Source: Halocafeteria seosinensis
Lineage: Eukaryota
Length of the DNA: 64,000 nucleotides
Assembly (NCBI GenBank): GCA_001687465.1
Contig: LVLI01000234.1
Location: 1 to 64,000 of the forward strand
Direction: 5' to 3'
This document shows positions 59,165 through 64,000 of the stretch, one piece after another. The notes under the pieces were generated by a model. That model made no database searches and was not told where the DNA came from. It saw nothing but the letters and a program-made list of their open reading frames with translations. Made by a program: the position numbers and the translations under genes. Numbering within the stretch: the stretch's first letter is position 1; each line of letters begins with the position of its first letter.

Positions 59165-59185
59165 CCTAACCCTAACCCTAACCCT
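59165..59185. repeat. Interstitial telomeric repeat (CCCTAA)3.5
   Basis: CCTAACCCTAACCCTAACCCT, perfect TTAGGG-type units. Confidence 0.8.
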
Positions 59186-59216
59186 CAATTAATCGTTCAA
59201 AGCTAGTTCCCAGCCG

Positions 59217-61955
59217 CTAGACGGGTTGTTTACCGTTAGTAGAGTCTTGTTGCACAAACCTACATGGGCGCTGCATCGGTACCTCGCTCCTGGGCACTAG
59301 TGGGAACGCAGACTGTGATGGCGACGGAGTGGGGGCCTCGGCAGAGCTAGAATGTGAGGCGGTCCTGGAGACCGTTGGTGTTGCTGTTCCAGAGCTTGTT
59401 GCAGTTGTTGTCGAAGTTGGTGTTACCAAAGCCGAACTCGAAATGGTAGGTGTAGCGGTGCTAGTGCTTGTAGGTGATGGAGTCGGGGTCGGACAAGGCA
59501 GTTGAAAGCTCAAAATAGGCAATCCGCGAGCATCACAGATCTCCCACGTTTCATTATCCCATTGTCTAATACCCTTATAATGGTACAGTTGACCTCTTAT
59601 GTTGGCCAAATAGCCCGAATTTCCGACCATAACTAGATTGTTTTCAGGATACTCATCGTTCCCAATAATCTTTCCTGAGGTTTTGCCGCTATATACAGAA
59701 TATTGAATCCAAATAATATGTCCTTTGAACTTCTTGTTAATCCCCCCTACGATTCCACCAGCATTTTGATGGAGAGTAACACCTGAGGCATACGTATTGT
59801 TAATATATACATCTCCACAATCGTTTGAACTTCCACGCCCTCGGCCACCTGTCAATGCACCTGTAATCCCTCCTGCTCTACGACCAGCAATATCTCCTCG
59901 TGTATAACAATCAATAATATGTACTTCACCTCGAGAACTAGCTGCCCTGTATCCGGTAATCCCACCACCACCGTATGCATATATCCGTCCAGTACTAGAA
60001 CATTCTTGTATGTGAACGAATCCATTCTCGTTACCAGCCCATGAACCTACAATACCACCGCTGCCAACGGCACCGGAAATAATATCTCCAGTTGAATAGG
60101 ATTGCGATATAGACAATTGACCGTTGTATATACCAGCACTAAATCCGCAAATACCACCTGCTTGTTTTTCCATATCTCCAGTTGAATAACATCGGGATAT
60201 ATCGGCAATTCCATTTCGTCCGACACCGAATCCTGCTATCCCTCCTGCCGCATTTCCTCTCATTTTCCCGGTCGAATAGGAACTTGATACACTAATTTGA
60301 CCCCACTCACCAGAGTTAGCACCACATATACCACCTGCCCAACGATGCGTGATATCTCCTGTGGAGCTACATGAATGAACAACAAAATACTTCTGGTCTT
60401 GGCGAACAATAAATCCGCCTTTCTCCGCAATAGTCCCATTCCTGACATGGACGTTCCGTATTACAGGAGCTGTATCAAGTGTTGTAACGTCGTCTTTAAT
60501 TCTAATCAACCCTTGGAAACCACTAATACACCTCAAGTCAATAATATTGGTAGTATTTCCCTCATTATTAGCTTGGTCCCCGCCCCCTTCAAATGCCTCA
60601 TTCGCACCCAAGGAAATGTGAAAATGGGCTTTATAACCATGATCTCGCCAGTTCAGTACACTACAGTTCATCTGAAATAAGTTTAGTTTGCGAGTATAAT
60701 TGAAACAGGGCTCCAGCCCATTGATAATATTCCCTCGAAGATCGCTGGCTTCGAAGCAAAGGACAAATGTCTTCAGCGACAGTAGCACCACAACTAATGA
60801 AGCAGGTTGAAAGAAGCAGCGAGTCGATTTCTGGCGTATTCCGTAGTAGCAAAGCATGGACAACACTTCTTTTCCTCCGTGGCCAAGTCCATTTTGGATT
60901 TCTGAGCTCTCCAAGGACGTTGCGGTTTTACCACATGTACCGAGGAACGCTACAGATACAAACAGGAACAGAAACACACTCAGCGAGACTGGTAGGATGG
61001 AGACACGACACGATGCGTCAGTAGAAGAGAGTTGGCCCAGACAAATTTGATCATCGTGCCCAAGCTTTATATAGGAGAGTCCAATTGAATCTCCTGGAGA
61101 TCCCTTCATTTGGGGCATGTGGCAGTAGGCAACCGCAGCGTGGATATGCGCAATGCTGGTTGTGCTACCGCAAGGGAATCTTGCATTGGCCAGCTCTGTC
61201 CATGGACTTCTAGAGACTTCATTTAGAGCCCTTACGTGCGACTCCTCCATGCTTCCTTCCAGACAAACATTGTCGGTAGTGAATTCCCTTGGCGGAAGCG
61301 ATTGAGCCAGCATGGAAATTTCGGATATTCTGCTAAGGTAACTGATTTTAGCACCATGATGGAGATCACACAGTGTTGCTTCGTTCCTGCCGACTCGAAA
61401 AATAGAAAACTCCTCCCGCCTCAAGCCAGTGGTACAATCACAAGCGCTCGTCGCCTTCCTGGCTAGACGGATCATCCCAAAGACTCTACATAGATAGCGA
61501 TACCCTATGTTGCCATTGAAGGAGGCACGGAAGCGTGAAAAGCTAGCGCCAGAACTTGGTGAGCCATTTTGAGTGAGGGCGCTGGCGCTCAGGTTGAAGC
61601 GGCTGCACCATCTTTTGCGATCAGGAGGACACTCGTTCTCAATCACCTCCACATAGTCATATTGGAAGAAATGGGCGCTGCAACAACATACACATGTACG
61701 ATAAAAGTCAGTTTTTCCAGCCGAAATTCTATCTCCGGTTCTCTGTGCGAGGACGCTAGGGCAGGGGACCGGGAGGGATCGGGATGCATTATCGTACTTA
61801 CCAGCAGCAGCTAAATCGAACGTCATGGAAACATCCCCATATATTCGAGGCAAGCGCATAAGATAGGATGGCAGACATTGTAGCCACCAAGACCATGATA
61901 AACCGATACATGACTCAATAACGACAGGGTTGTTCTTTCTGCAAGCCTCGCTCAC
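59217..61955 (-). CDS. Intronless GLUG-like glycine-rich repeat surface/secreted protein with Thr/Pro/Ser-rich tail; start uncertain (ATG 60857 or 61859)
   Basis: About seven ~28-aa repeats of I-x-x-C/S-Y-S-T-G-D-I/M...A-G-G-I-x-G at ~59690-60400, a PTPTPSPTST mucin-like tail, and hydrophobic segments near 60980 and 60790. The frame is open for 912 codons. Confidence 0.75.
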   Translation of the reverse strand: MSEACRKNNPVVIESCIGLSWSWWLQCLPSYLMRLPRIYGDVSMTFDLAAAGKYDNASRSLPVPCPSVLAQRTGDRISAGKTDFYRTCVCCCSAHFFQYDYVEVIENECPPDRKRWCSRFNLSASALTQNGSPSSGASFSRFRASFNGNIGYRYLCRVFGMIRLARKATSACDCTTGLRREEFSIFRVGRNEATLCDLHHGAKISYLSRISEISMLAQSLPPREFTTDNVCLEGSMEESHVRALNEVSRSPWTELANARFPCGSTTSIAHIHAAVAYCHMPQMKGSPGDSIGLSYIKLGHDDQICLGQLSSTDASCRVSILPVSLSVFLFLFVSVAFLGTCGKTATSLESSEIQNGLGHGGKEVLSMLCYYGIRQKSTRCFFQPASLVVVLLSLKTFVLCFEASDLRGNIINGLEPCFNYTRKLNLFQMNCSVLNWRDHGYKAHFHISLGANEAFEGGGDQANNEGNTTNIIDLRCISGFQGLIRIKDDVTTLDTAPVIRNVHVRNGTIAEKGGFIVRQDQKYFVVHSCSSTGDITHRWAGGICGANSGEWGQISVSSSYSTGKMRGNAAGGIAGFGVGRNGIADISRCYSTGDMEKQAGGICGFSAGIYNGQLSISQSYSTGDIISGAVGSGGIVGSWAGNENGFVHIQECSSTGRIYAYGGGGITGYRAASSRGEVHIIDCYTRGDIAGRRAGGITGALTGGRGRGSSNDCGDVYINNTYASGVTLHQNAGGIVGGINKKFKGHIIWIQYSVYSGKTSGKIIGNDEYPENNLVMVGNSGYLANIRGQLYHYKGIRQWDNETWEICDARGLPILSFQLPCPTPTPSPTSTSTATPTISSSALVTPTSTTTATSSGTATPTVSRTASHSSSAEAPTPSPSQSAFPLVPRSEVPMQRPCRFVQQDSTNGKQPV

Positions 61956-62465
61956 CGGTGGCAGGAGCTCGCATACCGTACCGCTACCCGGTATTTTCTA
62001 TCCTGTCCCGGTTATTTAGTGTTTTGTGAGGTTGGACGATGCTGTACGTTCAATCTTGTGAGCTCTCGTTTCCCTAACGACGTTCAGCTAGAGACTCACA
62101 ACAAATCAGCGACGGTATTATCTACCCGTCTACCGACTCAACAATTGCGCTTACCAGCCGGGCCGACCGACTGGTGTTGTGGGCCAACTTGTGGCCAACT
62201 TGTGGGTGGTGGTTGGTGTGGGGCCCTGTGGGCATGCCGCATGGGGAGTGGAGTCCATTGGGGACCCGGGGTGTCAAGTTGCACCCTGCGCAGCGCTGCT
62301 CTGTCACTGTCAGCCGTCATAGTTTGCTTGTGAAGTTGCTTCCAAACCACACTGATGAAGTTTTGCTGTCAACAAGACACTGTCAATTGTTACAGTGGTC
62401 TTGTTGACAGTGGTACTATCTTTGCCCATGTAGCCAAGGGGAGAGCTCCTAGATAGAGGGACGTC

Positions 62466-63056
62466 ATGGCGAGGGAGCGTGAACTACGTGTCCATTCTGG
62501 AGGCTGTCATTGCGGTGTAAGTACATAAAACATACCTTCCTCCTGTGCTGTATGTCGTCGAAGGGGTCTGACTGATGTCATGAGCATGGGCTCGTTTGCT
62601 TGTGTGTGCATGGGTGCAGAAAGTGTACTTTGAGTTCGAAGCGCCAGCACATGTGGTCGCTTGGAGCTGTAATTGCTCGATATGCGCCATGAGACGTAAT
62701 GACCACATAATGGTCCCAGATTCCAAGTAAGCCCTATGGACGGAATCTGGCTATAGTTTGCTTTGCTGACGGTCAACTTTGAGTGTGCTTGGACTGTCAG
62801 ATTTTATCTCAAACGCGGGCAGGACGAGCTATCTTTGTACCAATTCGGAACCCGTACGGCTAAGCACTACTTCTGCAGGAATTGTGGCATTACGAGTTTC
62901 TATAAGCCAAGGAGCAATCCTGATGGATATGGGATTACGGCTCACTGTGTTTTTAGCAAGAACTTTGAATCTGTGGAATTCAGGACGTTTGATGGCCAAA
63001 ACTGGGAGGCATGCTTTCAGCAAAGCGATATTGCGTCAATGACGAAAGAATCATAA
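62466..63056 (+). CDS. GFA / CENP-V family zinc-binding protein
   Basis: Exons 62466-62516, 62620-62726, 62801-63056. Motifs HSGGCHCG, CNCSIC, AKHYFCRNCGI, PRSNPDG, FDGQNWE. Confidence 0.93.
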
Positions 63057-64000
63057 TGATAACTTTGACGTTTATTTTGGTGGTATTCAGCATGACAGAA
63101 GGATGAAATAAACTCTCAGCGACATTCAACCTGCACTAATTGCTGGACTAACACCTAGTCCCTTGTGATTCGCGAACGAACGCTATGGCACATATAAATC
63201 TGCTTCGGGAACGATGAAGCTTCTGACGGTTTCCCGTGGAATGAAGACGATGTGCTTCGTGGAAAGATACCGTAATCCTGATCAATCAACGAGACAGTCC
63301 TCCAGAATCCTCGAACTCACCTGCACCTCCCTCGCCAGGGATGCGCATTAACCCTGCTGGCACCAACCACAACCAATGCGCACTGGCAACCTTAAAACCA
63401 GAAAATCAAGAAGACATACGGAATTATAAGGCGCACTCTTTTCAGTTATTAAGGTTTGACAACGAAAACAACAGCGTGAATTCGCGGCTGACGGATTCGT
63501 CAGCCTTACTTACTCAAAAATACATGGCCTTCTTGTATCGAATCGAGGCATTATCGTGAGCAGCAAGGGAATCTCACCTTGCTGCAGCTGGCAGCTTTGC
63601 TGTTTGCCTTGGTAGGGATATCCCTGCTCATACCAACCCGGTTTGCATTCGGTCACAATTTGTTCCAGTCCAGCAGCCCCCACTCAGTCAATTATTGACC
63701 AGATGTTCAATGCAAGTGAGGTCCCTGCCTACCTACCCGGCAGCCGAACCGACACGAAAATTCTCATCTCTGAGGAAACTCCATGTTGTTGTACACTTAT
63801 AGCCGGATCTTGTTCACCCTTCATTCTATACTTTAAAAAGTGTTTATTTACGCTCCCCTCACACTCCTCCACCTCCGTCGTTAGTCGATGAAGCTTAAGC
63901 TGCTCATGCCTCAGGAGCTTCACAAGTACGTCGATGGCGAAAAGTGCTCCATTACAGCAGTGTAACAGCACTTATAGCGGTTGTTGTTGACTCAATTCGA

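Noticed and set aside
62140..62275. G-rich patch with direct repeat GGCCAACTTGT x2
   Set aside because: Only two short copies; not CRISPR-like and compatible with ordinary promoter sequence.
63060..64000. Short ORFs and splice-like signals at the right end
   Set aside because: I could not assemble a coherent gene model or recognise a domain.

Overview
This is gene-dense eukaryotic nuclear DNA with short (mostly 60-90 nt) GT-AG introns and the standard genetic code. It is probably from a flagellated protist, since it carries NPHP4 and a CEP70-like gene; the lineage cannot be fixed from sequence alone. Left to right: an ADP-dependent glucokinase-like gene with a very long acidic tail; DNA polymerase delta catalytic subunit; an ankyrin-repeat/U-box E3 built as one repeat per exon; a type-II LOG protein; a GDT1/TMEM165 transporter with an EF-hand; a CEP70-like coiled-coil gene with a frame break; a secreted RCC1/crinkly-repeat protein; an orphan double zinc-finger ORF followed by about 3.7 kb of gene-poor DNA; a single-exon ~6,520-aa HECT ligase; NPHP4; a selenocysteine tRNA (UCA); two tandem Man1/Src1-like membrane paralogues; a second accessory block with a decayed ORF, interstitial telomere repeats and a GLUG-like repeat surface protein; and a GFA/CENP-V gene. 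I could not establish a coherent novel multi-gene system. The best leads are tRNA-Sec and its flanks, the modular ankyrin-U-box gene, the truncated Man1/Src1 pair, unusual domain fusions and the two telomere-motif-bearing accessory blocks. Exon boundaries were worked out by hand and family calls rest on motif recognition, not database searches.
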